IMG/VR virus record: IMGVR_UViG_3300031851_000001 | Direction: 5' to 3' (one strand) | Origin: a virus | Lineage: Duplodnaviria; Caudoviricetes | DNA: 64,000 bases | Part shown: positions 1 to 10,245 of the stretch, one piece after another | Layout: every line of letters starts with the position of its first letter | Position numbering within the stretch: position 1 is the stretch's first letter | Program-made: the position numbers and the translations under genes | The notes under the pieces: generated by a model | What the model was told of the DNA's origin: nothing | What the model saw: the letters and a program-made list of their open reading frames with translations, nothing else | Databases searched by the model: none

Positions 1-3000
1 ATCACCGTAGTTATAGTTTGTACCATCTGGTGTGTAATCATTAATCATAGATGTAATAATGTTATTGAAGGAATCCTGAGCTCTAGTAAGTGCTACACCG
101 GAAAGCTGTGCCTCGATGTCTTTTTGTACATATCTGATTCCTTCAATTGTTTCGGCAAGTTGGTCCTCAATAACCTTATCAGCACCTACAGTACCAATAC
201 GATATGATTTACCGATATACTTACCATTGTATGTTGAACCTGTTTGAACATCTCTTCTAACCGCATCAATAATAAAGCCTGCATCTCTTGCGCATTTCGC
301 TTCATCAAATGTGTAGTTATTATCTCGTACGAATTGAATAATCTCTTCTTGGATAAACGTTCTGTTCCATTGTAGAGATTTACGTGCGAATGTTCTAGCA
401 GGATCCATTTTTGGTTTAGTTAGTAAGTTCTCTGTAGGCAATGCCTTAGGAGTTTTCTGACTAATATCTAATGAACCTCTGTAATCTGGAATTACTAATC
501 TGTCATCAACAATATTCGCTATAACCATTGCTAGGTCAGATGCGATTGTTCCTGTTGCAGTATCAGCAGCTTGAAGTGATACATCTTGGTATAGGATGTT
601 ACCATCAATTTCTGAAATCGCGTCAGTTAAAGCAGATACGAATGTATGAGCTCCGGTATATGCTCCAGCATTTCCAACCCACATAGTAATCGTTGTTGCA
701 TCAGCACCAATAATTGGGCATGCTCTGTTATAGAAGCGATGATGTGCTTCAGGGCTTGCATGGTTAGTTGGTCCTGATCCTGTATCACAAGAGAACGTAA
801 TTGCACTTGGTTTGAACCAAACGTAATCGTCTGTTGTTAATGAGTGAGTACCAATGGTAGCAACCATAATACCTGTAACAGGATCGTATGTTGCGCCAGT
901 TGGAGTAAATCTTGCTCCAAAGATTGGTTCTTGAACTTCGTTCTTAACAACTTTTTCCATTACACTCGCTAGGTGAGTAAATGCTAGTCTTGTTGGTTCT
1001 CTCTGATATTGTGGTAATACGTTAATAGCACCTTCAAAGTAGTATCTTGCATTGAATATTGTAGCAGAGTCTCCGCCATATTCTAAGTCTTCTGAGATCG
1101 CGTCAACAATGTAACCTGTATCTCTTGGACATTTCTCTAGGCTGTACGCTAGGCCGTTATATTGTTCTGAAATATACTCGTTGATTTCAGTTTGGTATTT
1201 AACAGCTTGACCTTTGATTGCTTCAAACTCTGCACCTAATGTATAGTTTGCAGTGAAAGTATCAAACGCTGGTTCTACGATAGCAGGAATTGTGCCATCA
1301 TTTTCTCTGATAACACCACCAACATCTGCGAATAATTTTTCAGCATGTTGAGCAACTGCAGGTTTAATAGATCTTCTAACACCGTCAGCTAATGCGCTTA
1401 CGAATGAATGTACCTTATCAACTCTAGCTTCACCAACTTGTAATGTAATAGTTGTTGGAGTAACTGAGTCAATTCTAACTGGTTTGTTGTAGATTGGATC
1501 AGTTGGTCTAGGATGCGATATGTTAATTGGTGTGGCATCAGTTGGTGATGTTGGGCAAGATAGTGTAATCGCGTTCTCTGCAAAGATTACATAATCCTTT
1601 TCAGTAAACGAGTGAGTACCCAATGTCATTGTCATAACGCCAGTATTATGATCGTATGCAACGTCTGTTGGTGTATAAGCCTCTGCCATATTTGCTACAT
1701 TCACTGCATCAGCAGTAACCGATACAAATGTATGTACAGTTTGTGGCTCATGTTTGATTGCATTAGCGGTTGCACTTACGAATGTATGTACTGAACCACT
1801 TGCGCTTCCTGCATCACCTACGTTAAATGTCATTGTACCAGTTTGGCGTCTGATTGAATTAGCAGTTGCTGATACGAATATATGAGCACCATTATATGGA
1901 GATGGTCCAACATTTAATTTGAATGTATCAGTTGTAACATCTGAAATTTCTAACCAACGATTAGATGCAAAATCAGTTGCCCTTGGATAACCTTTTTCAA
2001 CCGTGTTACCATCAAGTACGCATGTATATGTTAACCCGTAATCAGCAATCATTACATAATCGCCATTACTAAATCCGTGATTAGCAACTGTGATTGTTGT
2101 ATCTCCACTTGCTGGGCTATGAACCGCGTTTGTTGGCGTATGTTGTGTTTCACCTACTGCAGTAATTGATAATGATTTGCCAGTTAATGGATCTCCAACT
2201 CTTGGATATGTATGCTGAGTTGCGTTACCATCTTGATCGCATGTGAATGTAAACGAGTTATTTTCTAGAACAACACCGTTTCCAACTCTTAATCCATGTT
2301 GACCAACATTAACTATCATTACACCAGTTGCCGCATCATAGTTAGCAGATGTTGGTGTAAAGTATTTGTTAGGGCCAGAGGCTGCAGCGTCTAGTGTAAC
2401 TGTGTTTGCACTTACATCTTTAACCAAATATGTTTTTAATGCGTATGGATCAAGTCCTGCACGAGGATATGTTTTAGCAGCATCATCACCGTCCATTGCA
2501 CAAGTGAATGTGAATGAATTTGGTTCCAATGTAACTCTATCATTAAGTGCAATGCTGTGTCCCGGCATAGTCATTACGAAATCGCCATTAGCAGGATCGT
2601 AAGATGCAGTTGTTGGTGTGTATGTTGTTGTTTCAACAATAGTTTGAGTTACCGCAACTTGTAGTGGAGTAACAACTTCGTTTCTAACAATTTGACCAAC
2701 TAAATCTGATGCGAAGAAGAATGCTTCCGATGTTGGAACAATTTCTTCATCATCTAATACTGGAATTGCATTTTCAAAATATAGTTTAGAGTTTGTTGCG
2801 CTTAACGCGTTTGAACCGTTTTGTACATCCCAAGCGATGAGGTCAACAAAGATACCCATATCTCTTTCGCATGCAACAGTGTTATATACAAAGTTTGGAT
2901 AGTTGGCTGTAATCCACGCAATGATTTCTTTTTGGATAAACGCTTTGTTAGTAAATATTGCTTTACCTGCTTGACGATGTTCTGGTGATATTGTTAAGTC

Positions 3001-6000
3001 ACCGTATATTGGTGCATCAGCGCCAGCAATACCGTTTGACATAATATCAATAACAGTATCAAAGGCAGCATTGGATCTTGTGATCGCTGTTGCATCAGTT
3101 AATACGTCAGTTGCGATTTTACCTTTGAGCCAAGTGATAGCACCAACAGTTTGAGTTAACTGTTCGTTAATTACCGCATTAGCACCTACAGTACCAATTG
3201 TGTAACCTTTACCTACATAGTAAGCGTTAACAGTTGAGTCAGTTAGAATATCTCTAGCAACCGCATCTAAAATTAAACCTGTATCTCTAGAACATTTAGC
3301 GTTGTCATAGACGAAGTAGTTATTTTCCATCCATAGTTTAACTTCGTTCTGAAGATATGATTTGTTTTTCTGTAGAATACGAGAAGCGTATGTACCTTGT
3401 TCTTTTGCACCAACCTGTACAACCGCACCTTCATCAGCACTTACGAATGTATGTGGATCAGTGTTAGTTCCTGCATTTCCGCAGTTTACTGTGATTGTGT
3501 TTGTTGTCACTGCACTAATTTCTAATGGTAATTGATAAGCCTTATCACCAATACGTGGTGAGTAATCAGTACCACCGCCATTATGAGCACAGCTGAATGC
3601 AAAGCTTAATGGTTGTAATTCAATATGATCGCCGAGACCCATACCGTGGTCAGTAATAGTAATAACCATCTCGCCACTTACTGGGTCGTATGTAGCTGTT
3701 TCTGGTGTAAAGGCTTTAATAACTCTAGCAGAGTCTGAGAAGAATAATGCGTTTGAGTCGATTGAGTCTGGGGTTGCCGATACGAATGTATGGTTGTTTG
3801 CATGCCCACCAGCATTACCAACATTAACAGTAATTGTGTCTGATGTTGTTCCAGTAACTCTTACCGGTTCTTTATATGCAGGGTGGTCATTTAGTGGTGA
3901 AAGGTCTGTACCTGTTATACCACCAACATCACAACTAAATACCATTGACTCAGGTGCGATTTGGATCCATTTACCAACCGGTAAATCGTGTTTCCCAATA
4001 GTAATTTCTAACTCACCAGTTACTGGGCTATATGTAGCTGTCTGAGGAGTAAATTTACCAGTCCACATTCCTGCTTCACGTATTGCATTAGTAGTTGCTG
4101 ATACGAAAGTATGTGCCGATGTATCACTTGACTCACCAACATTAACAGTAATTGTTGTTGAAGTTCTTGCAGAGATTGTAACTGGCTTTTTATATGCAGG
4201 GTGCATTTTTTCAGCTTGGATACAATTATCAGATGCACTTACGAATGTATGAGCACCGCCGCCATCAACAATTCCACCTACATTCATATAGATTTTTGTT
4301 GCGTCAACTTTTTCAATAGTGATTTGTTTCTTATAGAAAGGGTGATGTGATTCTGGCGCAGGGTGGTTTGTTACATCACCATCAAGTGCGCAAGTAAAGA
4401 TAATTGAACTTGGTTTAAATTCAACCTTATCACCAACCTTCAGCGTATGTGCACCAATAGTTGCGCTAAACTCACCAGTTGCCACATCGTATGAAGCGTC
4501 TGTTGGAGTAAAGTTTAAGAATTGAGTAGCAGGATAAGCATGCTTTGTTGCATTGCCATCAAGTGCACATGTAAATACTAAACTATGTGGTTCAATATAA
4601 ATTTCATCGCCAATGTTAAAGTCATTAGAACCAATCGTCATAACAACTGAACCTGTTGCAGGGTCATATACAGCGTTAGTTGGTGTATATTTTTTACCGT
4701 TGTTATTTAGTAATCTTGACATTTCATCAAAAGAAGCATTTGATCTATCAATAGCAATTGAGTTATCACCAATAAATGTGGCAGCCCTTGCTTTTAAATA
4801 ATCAATAGAACCAACAGTTTGTTCTAACTGTTCAGTAACACTTACCTCACCAGATTTAGTACGGTAAGCAGCGCCAGTTTGAATTGCATTATAGTTTGTA
4901 CCAAGGATTAAGTCACGTTGTACTGCAGGTAAAATATATTCTTCAGTATCTCTGTGGCATTTTTTGCTATCGTAGAAATACCATTCGTTATCTGCCCATT
5001 CCATCATGTAGTCTTGGATATATTCTTTATTTGCTTGTAGCATTTTACGTGCGTTACGTTTATCTACAGATATACCAGAGTTATCAGAATATGTCAATAG
5101 TTGTCCGATAACTGATACTGCATTATCTTTAGCTTCAACAAATCTATGTTCGAAGTTAGCAGCCGTCAGTCCTGGGTTAACCGTGATAGTCTTAGCTGAC
5201 ACAGCAACGATTGGAAGCGCAGCCAAGTAAGCTTTTTCTGATTTGCGTGGATGGCTAATTTTTGTTTTAAAGTTATCACTTGAACATGTGAATGTAAATG
5301 ATTCTTCAGCAAGGTTAACATATCGGCCAACAGTTAAATCGTGTGTACCGATAGTGATAACCATCATACCAGTTGTTGGGTCGTACGTAGCCTTAGTTGG
5401 TGTATATTTGTCGCCTGAGTTTGCAATCGTATCAATAACGTTATTAAATGCAGAGTAAGCCGATGTAGCTGCTGGTGCAGAGTTGGCTTGAATTAATTCG
5501 TCAGTTGTTTTGCGTAATCTCTTAAACGAAGCGATTGTTTCGTTGCGTTGGTTTTCAAGGCTTGTTCTTGCAGTGTTAACATAATATGCTAATCCAGCGT
5601 TTTCAGAATTATAATTTGTATCTAACAACATGTCGTATTTAACGGCAGGTAAGATATATTCCTGAACATCGCGCTCACACTTAACACTATCGTAAGCATA
5701 GAACTCGTCGTTATTGTCGATCCAATCAACAAAATCATTAATGATTAAATCTCTGTTAGATTGAACAAGTTCTCTAGCAGCCGTTTGGTCAGACTTACCA
5801 GTATCTGAGAAGATAATTGGTTCAGCCGCAGCCTCGCCATTTTGTAAAATGTTAAGAGTTTCATCAAGTGATGTGTTAATTCTGTTCGTTAACTCAGAAG
5901 ATGCGTTTGCAAAAATACCACCTGCTGAGCTGGCGATAGAGTCTTTAAGATGGTTAATAGAACCAACAGTTTCAGTTAATTGCTCATCAACTACAAGATA

Positions 6001-8562
6001 TGAAATTGGTGAACGGTATGAAATACCATTTAACCGACCCCAGTAGTTACCTTTTGTAGCAATATCGTAACCAGTGTTATCAACGATAATTCCTGTATCA
6101 CGGAAACATTTATCAGCATTATAACCTTGATAACCCAAACCACCAGACGCAGTGTTTGATGTCAAGTAGTAAACCATATCATCAACAATTTCGTCTGCCT
6201 TTTCTGTCAATACGTCTGCGAATGCAGAGTTAGCAATCAAGTTACTTTGATTTGCCTCGGCTGGTCGAATAATAACAGTTGAACCACGAGCACGCATTGA
6301 AATGTCACCGAACTGAGAACCTGAGTTGTTCAAAGTCATTTGACCACCATCTAAGGCGAAGAACGCTTGGCGTGTAAAGATTGATAATGAACCAATACCG
6401 TTAACACCAGCACCGTTTTTAGCAACGTATCCTGTACCATTTTGAGTACGAGGTGTAAAACCAAAACATAATACGTATGTATATAGTGAGTCGGTATCAA
6501 GTTGTGCTCTGTCTGCTAATAGACAACCGCCGCCTCGACCAACTAATCTGTTAGGGAAATCATCAATACCAATTGACTCGATAGTACCTGAACCACCACG
6601 TTGTGCGTATAGAACATCTCCAACTTCAACGTTGCCTTTTAGGTTACGAACATAAATTTGTCTGTTTGCATCAATATCATCGATGTATGATACATAACCT
6701 GTTGCACCGCTTGAGAATGTTACCTCATCGTCAACTTCGAATTGAGATTGCGCAGAGTGACCTGCTACTAAATAGAATTCTTGACCTAAATCAAGGATGG
6801 TACCTTTAGAGTTAAATGGATTTAACGGAGGTTCAACATCAAGTCTATTAAAGTTTGAAAGCTGAGTAGAGTCACGAAGATATGGTGAACGTCTTAGTAG
6901 AGCACCCGGTCTGTAAGCGATAGCAAAACCACCTTCAGGTTGGTCAAAGTTATCAACTTCAAAGTTCATATATGAGAAACCTTGTACATAACAACCAGAT
7001 CCAACAAGAACACCATTTGTTCTTTCGTATCCTTTTTTCTTTTGAATAACAGTAGCATACTGACCAGCGGTTGATGTCATGGAACAATCATCAGGTAGCA
7101 TAATTGGTTCATCAACATAGTAAGTACCGGGACCTACTGAAATGTGAACAGCATCATTAATTGCGTTACGGTTATATGATCCACCAGCTTTTTCTAAAGC
7201 GATTTGTTCAGCACGCTTTAGCGTACGAACTGGCTGTAAAATAGTTCCTGGGTATTTGTCGTCACCATCTGAAGCAACATGTACTTTAAGTGATTTTTCT
7301 GTTTTCTTAGAAAATTCTTGATACAACTGACGATAAGTCATTTTCTCTGTATCGCCAGTCTTGACGTTTTTCAGAGCAAAGTAACTATCTTCATCAAGCA
7401 TTGGCTCAAATTGTTTAGTAATGTTCATATCAAAGTCGACAAAAGTACTTTCTTCGATTGTCGAATTAGATACCACACCGTCTTTAAATTCTGAGTTTTC
7501 AATAACAGATTTTTGTTGGCCAAGTCCTTCAGTAGATGAACTTGTGATAGTCATATTCTGAGCAGTTACATTATCCAAAGTACCTTGGAATGACGAGTCA
7601 GTAATAACGTTATTAGCAAGTGTACCATCTTGGATTGTAGTATTAGTAAATACGTTATTATTACCAGTACCATCAGAGAAATCTGAGTTTGTAATGCTAG
7701 TATTATTAGCAGTGCTATCGTTAAGTTGTGAATTCGTAATAACGATATTGTTCGCTGTTGAGTCAATGATAGATGAGTTACTTGTTACAGTATCCCAAAT
7801 CAGACCATTAGCAAATCTTGAGTTTGTAATTGTTACGTTATCTAAATCAGTATCACGGATATCGGAATTAGAAATATCTGTATCAACGATAGTAACATTT
7901 GATACTGCAGTGTCTCTAATTGTACCATTGCTAAAGTCAGTAGTAATAATTACTGAGTTTGACATTAATGCATCTTCGAGAACAATTTCGTCAATCGTAA
8001 TATTAGTAAGGATTAAGCCATTCGCTGTACCTTGTTCAATAGCAACGTTCGCAAAGGATGAGTTATCAACTTGCGAATTAGTAAAGATATTATTATTGCC
8101 GGTTCCATTAGAAAAATCGGATTGGTCAATCGCCATGTTATTGGCAGAACTATTAAGGATTGTTGAGTCGTCAATAGTTGAATTAGTTAAAACAACATTG
8201 TTACCAGTACCATCATTAAACTCAGAATCAGTAATTACTGAATTCGTAATAACAAAGTTATTAGCATCAGAGTCTCTTAGATCTAATTCAGTACCAAAGC
8301 TTCCAAGTAAGGAACCGCCAGAGAATACAGAGTCGTTTATTTCAACATCATTGAGAGTTGAAACCGACATAATGACGTTTGAAATAGTTCCGCCAGTAAT
8401 TTTAATATTGTTGAAAATCTCGAATTGTAACGCTTGAACCAGTTCTTTACGTGTGATGTTCTTTGTACCATCATCACCTTGGATCAAGTTAACAATAACG
8501 AAAAGATCCTCAGATCTTGTATTGGCGCCTGTTATCGGACCGAGTTCTGAAATCAATGACAT
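1..8562 (-). CDS. Giant virion structural/fibre-like repeat protein (>=2854 aa, C-terminus beyond left edge)
   Basis: ATG at 8562 (MSLISELGPITGANTRSEDLFVIVNLIQGDDGTKNITRKELVQALQFEIF). The frame was open wherever I translated it (1-120, 1681-2640, parts of 4141-4560, 7440-8562). It is absent from the ORF track, consistent with no stop inside the window. It contains pentapeptide repeats, a pectin-lyase-like region (VHVASDGDD...PVRTLKRA...ISVGPGTY), ~10 TPTxAxYDPxTG...FTC...HTFVSA modules and ~7 KCxRD helical modules. A late promoter lies upstream. Confidence 0.85.
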   Translation of the reverse strand, partial: MSLISELGPITGANTRSEDLFVIVNLIQGDDGTKNITRKELVQALQFEIFNNIKITGGTISNVIMSVSTLNDVEINDSVFSGGSLLGSFGTELDLRDSDANNFVITNSVITDSEFNDGTGNNVVLTNSTIDDSTILNSSANNMAIDQSDFSNGTGNNNIFTNSQVDNSSFANVAIEQGTANGLILTNITIDEIVLEDALMSNSVIITTDFSNGTIRDTAVSNVTIVDTDISNSDIRDTDLDNVTITNSRFANGLIWDTVTSNSSIIDSTANNIVITNSQLNDSTANNTSITNSDFSDGTGNNNVFTNTTIQDGTLANNVITDSSFQGTLDNVTAQNMTITSSSTEGLGQQKSVIENSEFKDGVVSNSTIEESTFVDFDMNITKQFEPMLDEDSYFALKNVKTGDTEKMTYRQLYQEFSKKTEKSLKVHVASDGDDKYPGTILQPVRTLKRAEQIALEKAGGSYNRNAINDAVHISVGPGTYYVDEPIMLPDDCSMTSTAGQYATVIQKKKGYERTNGVLVGSGCYVQGFSYMNFEVDNFDQPEGGFAIAYRPGALLRRSPYLRDSTQLSNFNRLDVEPPLNPFNSKGTILDLGQEFYLVAGHSAQSQFEVDDEVTFSSGATGYVSYIDDIDANRQIYVRNLKGNVEVGDVLYAQRGGSGTIESIGIDDFPNRLVGRGGGCLLADRAQLDTDSLYTYVLCFGFTPRTQNGTGYVAKNGAGVNGIGSLSIFTRQAFFALDGGQMTLNNSGSQFGDISMRARGSTVIIRPAEANQSNLIANSAFADVLTEKADEIVDDMVYYLTSNTASGGLGYQGYNADKCFRDTGIIVDNTGYDIATKGNYWGRLNGISYRSPISYLVVDEQLTETVGSINHLKDSIASSAGGIFANASSELTNRINTSLDETLNILQNGEAAAEPIIFSDTGKSDQTAARELVQSNRDLIINDFVDWIDNNDEFYAYDSVKCERDVQEYILPAVKYDMLLDTNYNSENAGLAYYVNTARTSLENQRNETIASFKRLRKTTDELIQANSAPAATSAYSAFNNVIDTIANSGDKYTPTKATYDPTTGMMVITIGTHDLTVGRYVNLAEESFTFTCSSDNFKTKISHPRKSEKAYLAALPIVAVSAKTITVNPGLTAANFEHRFVEAKDNAVSVIGQLLTYSDNSGISVDKRNARKMLQANKEYIQDYMMEWADNEWYFYDSKKCHRDTEEYILPAVQRDLILGTNYNAIQTGAAYRTKSGEVSVTEQLEQTVGSIDYLKARAATFIGDNSIAIDRSNASFDEMSRLLNNNGKKYTPTNAVYDPATGSVVMTIGSNDFNIGDEIYIEPHSLVFTCALDGNATKHAYPATQFLNFTPTDASYDVATGEFSATIGAHTLKVGDKVEFKPSSIIFTCALDGDVTNHPAPESHHPFYKKQITIEKVDATKIYMNVGGIVDGGGAHTFVSASDNCIQAEKMHPAYKKPVTISARTSTTITVNVGESSDTSAHTFVSATTNAIREAGMWTGKFTPQTATYSPVTGELEITIGKHDLPVGKWIQIAPESMVFSCDVGGITGTDLSPLNDHPAYKEPVRVTGTTSDTITVNVGNAGGHANNHTFVSATPDSIDSNALFFSDSARVIKAFTPETATYDPVSGEMVITITDHGMGLGDHIELQPLSFAFSCAHNGGGTDYSPRIGDKAYQLPLEISAVTTNTITVNCGNAGTNTDPHTFVSADEGAVVQVGAKEQGTYASRILQKNKSYLQNEVKLWMENNYFVYDNAKCSRDTGLILDAVARDILTDSTVNAYYVGKGYTIGTVGANAVINEQLTQTVGAITWLKGKIATDVLTDATAITRSNAAFDTVIDIMSNGIAGADAPIYGDLTISPEHRQAGKAIFTNKAFIQKEIIAWITANYPNFVYNTVACERDMGIFVDLIAWDVQNGSNALSATNSKLYFENAIPVLDDEEIVPTSEAFFFASDLVGQIVRNEVVTPLQVAVTQTIVETTTYTPTTASYDPANGDFVMTMPGHSIALNDRVTLEPNSFTFTCAMDGDDAAKTYPRAGLDPYALKTYLVKDVSANTVTLDAAASGPNKYFTPTSANYDAATGVMIVNVGQHGLRVGNGVVLENNSFTFTCDQDGNATQHTYPRVGDPLTGKSLSITAVGETQHTPTNAVHSPASGDTTITVANHGFSNGDYVMIADYGLTYTCVLDGNTVEKGYPRATDFASNRWLEISDVTTDTFKLNVGPSPYNGAHIFVSATANSIRRQTGTMTFNVGDAGSASGSVHTFVSATANAIKHEPQTVHTFVSVTADAVNVANMAEAYTPTDVAYDHNTGVMTMTLGTHSFTEKDYVIFAENAITLSCPTSPTDATPINISHPRPTDPIYNKPVRIDSVTPTTITLQVGEARVDKVHSFVSALADGVRRSIKPAVAQHAEKLFADVGGVIRENDGTIPAIVEPAFDTFTANYTLGAEFEAIKGQAVKYQTEINEYISEQYNGLAYSLEKCPRDTGYIVDAISEDLEYGGDSATIFNARYYFEGAINVLPQYQREPTRLAFTHLASVMEKVVKNEVQEPIFGARFTPTGATYDPVTGIMVATIGTHSLTTDDYVWFKPSAITFSCDTGSGPTNHASPEAHHRFYNRACPIIGADATTITMWVGNAGAYTGAHTFVSALTDAISEIDGNILYQDVSLQAADTATGTIASDLAMVIANIVDDRLVIPDYRGSLDISQKTPKALPTENLLTKPKMDPARTFARKSLQWNRTFIQEEIIQFVRDNNYTFDEAKCARDAGFIIDAVRRDVQTGSTYNGKYIGKSYRIGTVGADKVIEDQLAETIEGIRYVQKDIEAQLSGVALTRAQDSFNNIITSMINDYTPDGTNYNYGD

Positions 8563-8597
8563 TATTGAGTACCTTCTTAGTATCTACTATTTCTTTT

Positions 8598-8605
8598 TAT
8601 TTATA
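8598..8605 (-). promoter_or_regulatory. T4-type late promoter TATAAATA
   Basis: Exact TATAAATA on the minus strand 36 nt upstream of the giant gene ATG; gp55 is encoded in the window. Confidence 0.8.
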
Positions 8606-8644
8606 AAAAAATTAGCAGGATTATACGTGTCTAAATCTATTTAT

Positions 8645-9163
8645 TTACTCTGTTTTCCAGAGCACAAAATTATCTATAGCATCCCTATCAACATATTTTC
8701 TTTCGCGTAAAATATTAGACTGATAATCGTTTACTTCTTGTTCGTTATTTAATACGGTACCGTCAGCACCTTTGGCGAACCACCATTTATTACCATCATA
8801 CTGAACAGTTTGAAATACTTCAAGTTCAGCCTTTGTTCCTTCAACTAATGAATTACCATTTTTAGTTAATCTATATACATCTGTTGGGTCAAAGTCAGCA
8901 TTTCTTTCTAGGATATCTGGGTTCCTATAAACCATATGAAGAGTTTTAAGAGTATTCCTGCGGTTCATTCCAGCATCATACGGGTCTCCAAACTCAGTAC
9001 ATAATTCTTTTATTCTGTTATCAAATTCTTCATCATTTCTAACATACGAACATCCGGCTTCGTATCCTTCGATATTATTTGCAACTACATATCTTTCGTA
9101 ATATGCTCGACCAACATCACACCATCCCATATCGGCATCGTTCATCATTCTTTTAATATCCAT
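8645..9163 (-). CDS. Hypothetical protein (172 aa)
   Basis: ORF coupled (TAATG) to the upstream adhesin gene; no recognised family. Confidence 0.7.
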   Translation of the reverse strand: MDIKRMMNDADMGWCDVGRAYYERYVVANNIEGYEAGCSYVRNDEEFDNRIKELCTEFGDPYDAGMNRRNTLKTLHMVYRNPDILERNADFDPTDVYRLTKNGNSLVEGTKAELEVFQTVQYDGNKWWFAKGADGTVLNNEQEVNDYQSNILRERKYVDRDAIDNFVLWKTE

Positions 9164-10242
9164 TAGTCTCTACCCCACACAGTACCGTTGTTTGTTACGC
9201 TAACTTGCCCGTTATCAGTAGTAATTTCAAATGCAAGACCACCTGCGCCACCGTCACCGCCACAATTACCGCCAGAAGCACCCCAGCCGCCACCACCTGC
9301 ACCATGTCCAGTTCCGCCACCGCCACCTGCATTGTTTGCGGCACCACCAACTCTACCTGTTGTGTCTCTACTTCCACCACCGCCTGCGCCGCCATCACCC
9401 GGAAGTACACGACCGCCACCGCCACCAGAACCAGAGTCAACTTTGTTTCCTTTACCAGAACCATTGTCCCAGCCGCCTCCGCCGGCACCTGCGCCGCCAC
9501 CTTTACCACCACCAGCATCGCTATCGTCTGGAGCATCAGCACCTTTTGTATTTAATGCGCCACCAGCACCTGGGTTTCCGGCTGCACGATATCCTGTACC
9601 ACCTGCGCCACCGCCAGCTCCACCGCCACCACCAGCACCAAGTTCACCTCCACCGGAACTACCACCGCCACCACCTGCAGCGACATAAGCGTCTGCTTCA
9701 TTAATAAAAGTAATTGGTGATACGTTACCAATTTTTATAGCAGGTCCACCTGCTCCACCGTTGGTTACTTGACCTGCGTTAATTGTTCCGCCACCGCCTC
9801 GACCACCTTTACCTATAATGATACCTTTGTTACGAAAGATTATATTACCTGTCATAGTGTCAGGAATAATTAATCCACCTTTGCTAGTATCATCTGACCA
9901 AAGCCAATAGTCTGCAGGTAATGTAATATCATAAAAACCACCTTCGTCTCTATAACCCATAGCAAATAGTGCATCCCATAGGTTGCATTCTTTGATATTA
10001 TATTTGCTATTAATTTGAGTTTCAGATATTGGAATCCATTGATCTTCAGTAACAAATCTAATACCAGATTTGCCATAAAAATCGCTAAATTTAATTGTGC
10101 CTGATTGTGGTAAACCTATGCCGGGAGGTAAGGTTCTGTACTCACTAAGTTGATAGGGAGTTTGGTTTAATGTACCACCAAGTGGTTTAAACTCGTCGTG
10201 TATTTCTGTAAACGTAAGCGGTCCGCTGCTCTTAATAGTCAT
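9163..10242 (-). CDS. Glycine-rich tail fibre adhesin, gp38-like
   Basis: N-terminal GTIKFSDFYGKS motif, IIGKGGRGGGG / GGAGGPAI / AAGGGGGS glycine-rich motifs and C-terminal GGAGGLA...NNGTVWG resemble T-even gp38 polyglycine adhesins; lies directly downstream of a fibre gene. Confidence 0.7.
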   Translation of the reverse strand: MTIKSSGPLTFTEIHDEFKPLGGTLNQTPYQLSEYRTLPPGIGLPQSGTIKFSDFYGKSGIRFVTEDQWIPISETQINSKYNIKECNLWDALFAMGYRDEGGFYDITLPADYWLWSDDTSKGGLIIPDTMTGNIIFRNKGIIIGKGGRGGGGTINAGQVTNGGAGGPAIKIGNVSPITFINEADAYVAAGGGGGSSGGGELGAGGGGGAGGGAGGTGYRAAGNPGAGGALNTKGADAPDDSDAGGGKGGGAGAGGGGWDNGSGKGNKVDSGSGGGGGRVLPGDGGAGGGGSRDTTGRVGGAANNAGGGGGTGHGAGGGGWGASGGNCGGDGGAGGLAFEITTDNGQVSVTNNGTVWGRD

Positions 10243-10245
10243 GGC

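Noticed and set aside
1398-1583. Short minus-strand ORFs in 1-8 kb (also 4020-4238 and 7566-7766)
   Set aside because: Out-of-frame overlaps inside the giant ORF.
870-5410. Repeats as a possible CRISPR array or DGR template/variable pair
   Set aside because: Similarity is at the protein level with synonymous divergence. There are no identical regularly spaced nucleotide repeats and no reverse transcriptase or cas genes.
7694-8437. 247-aa plus-strand ORF
   Set aside because: Antisense shadow of the pentapeptide-repeat region of the giant minus-strand gene; no RBS or promoter context.
9188-9704. Proline-rich and histidine-rich plus-strand ORFs
   Set aside because: Reverse-complement artefacts of the GGN-rich glycine adhesin.
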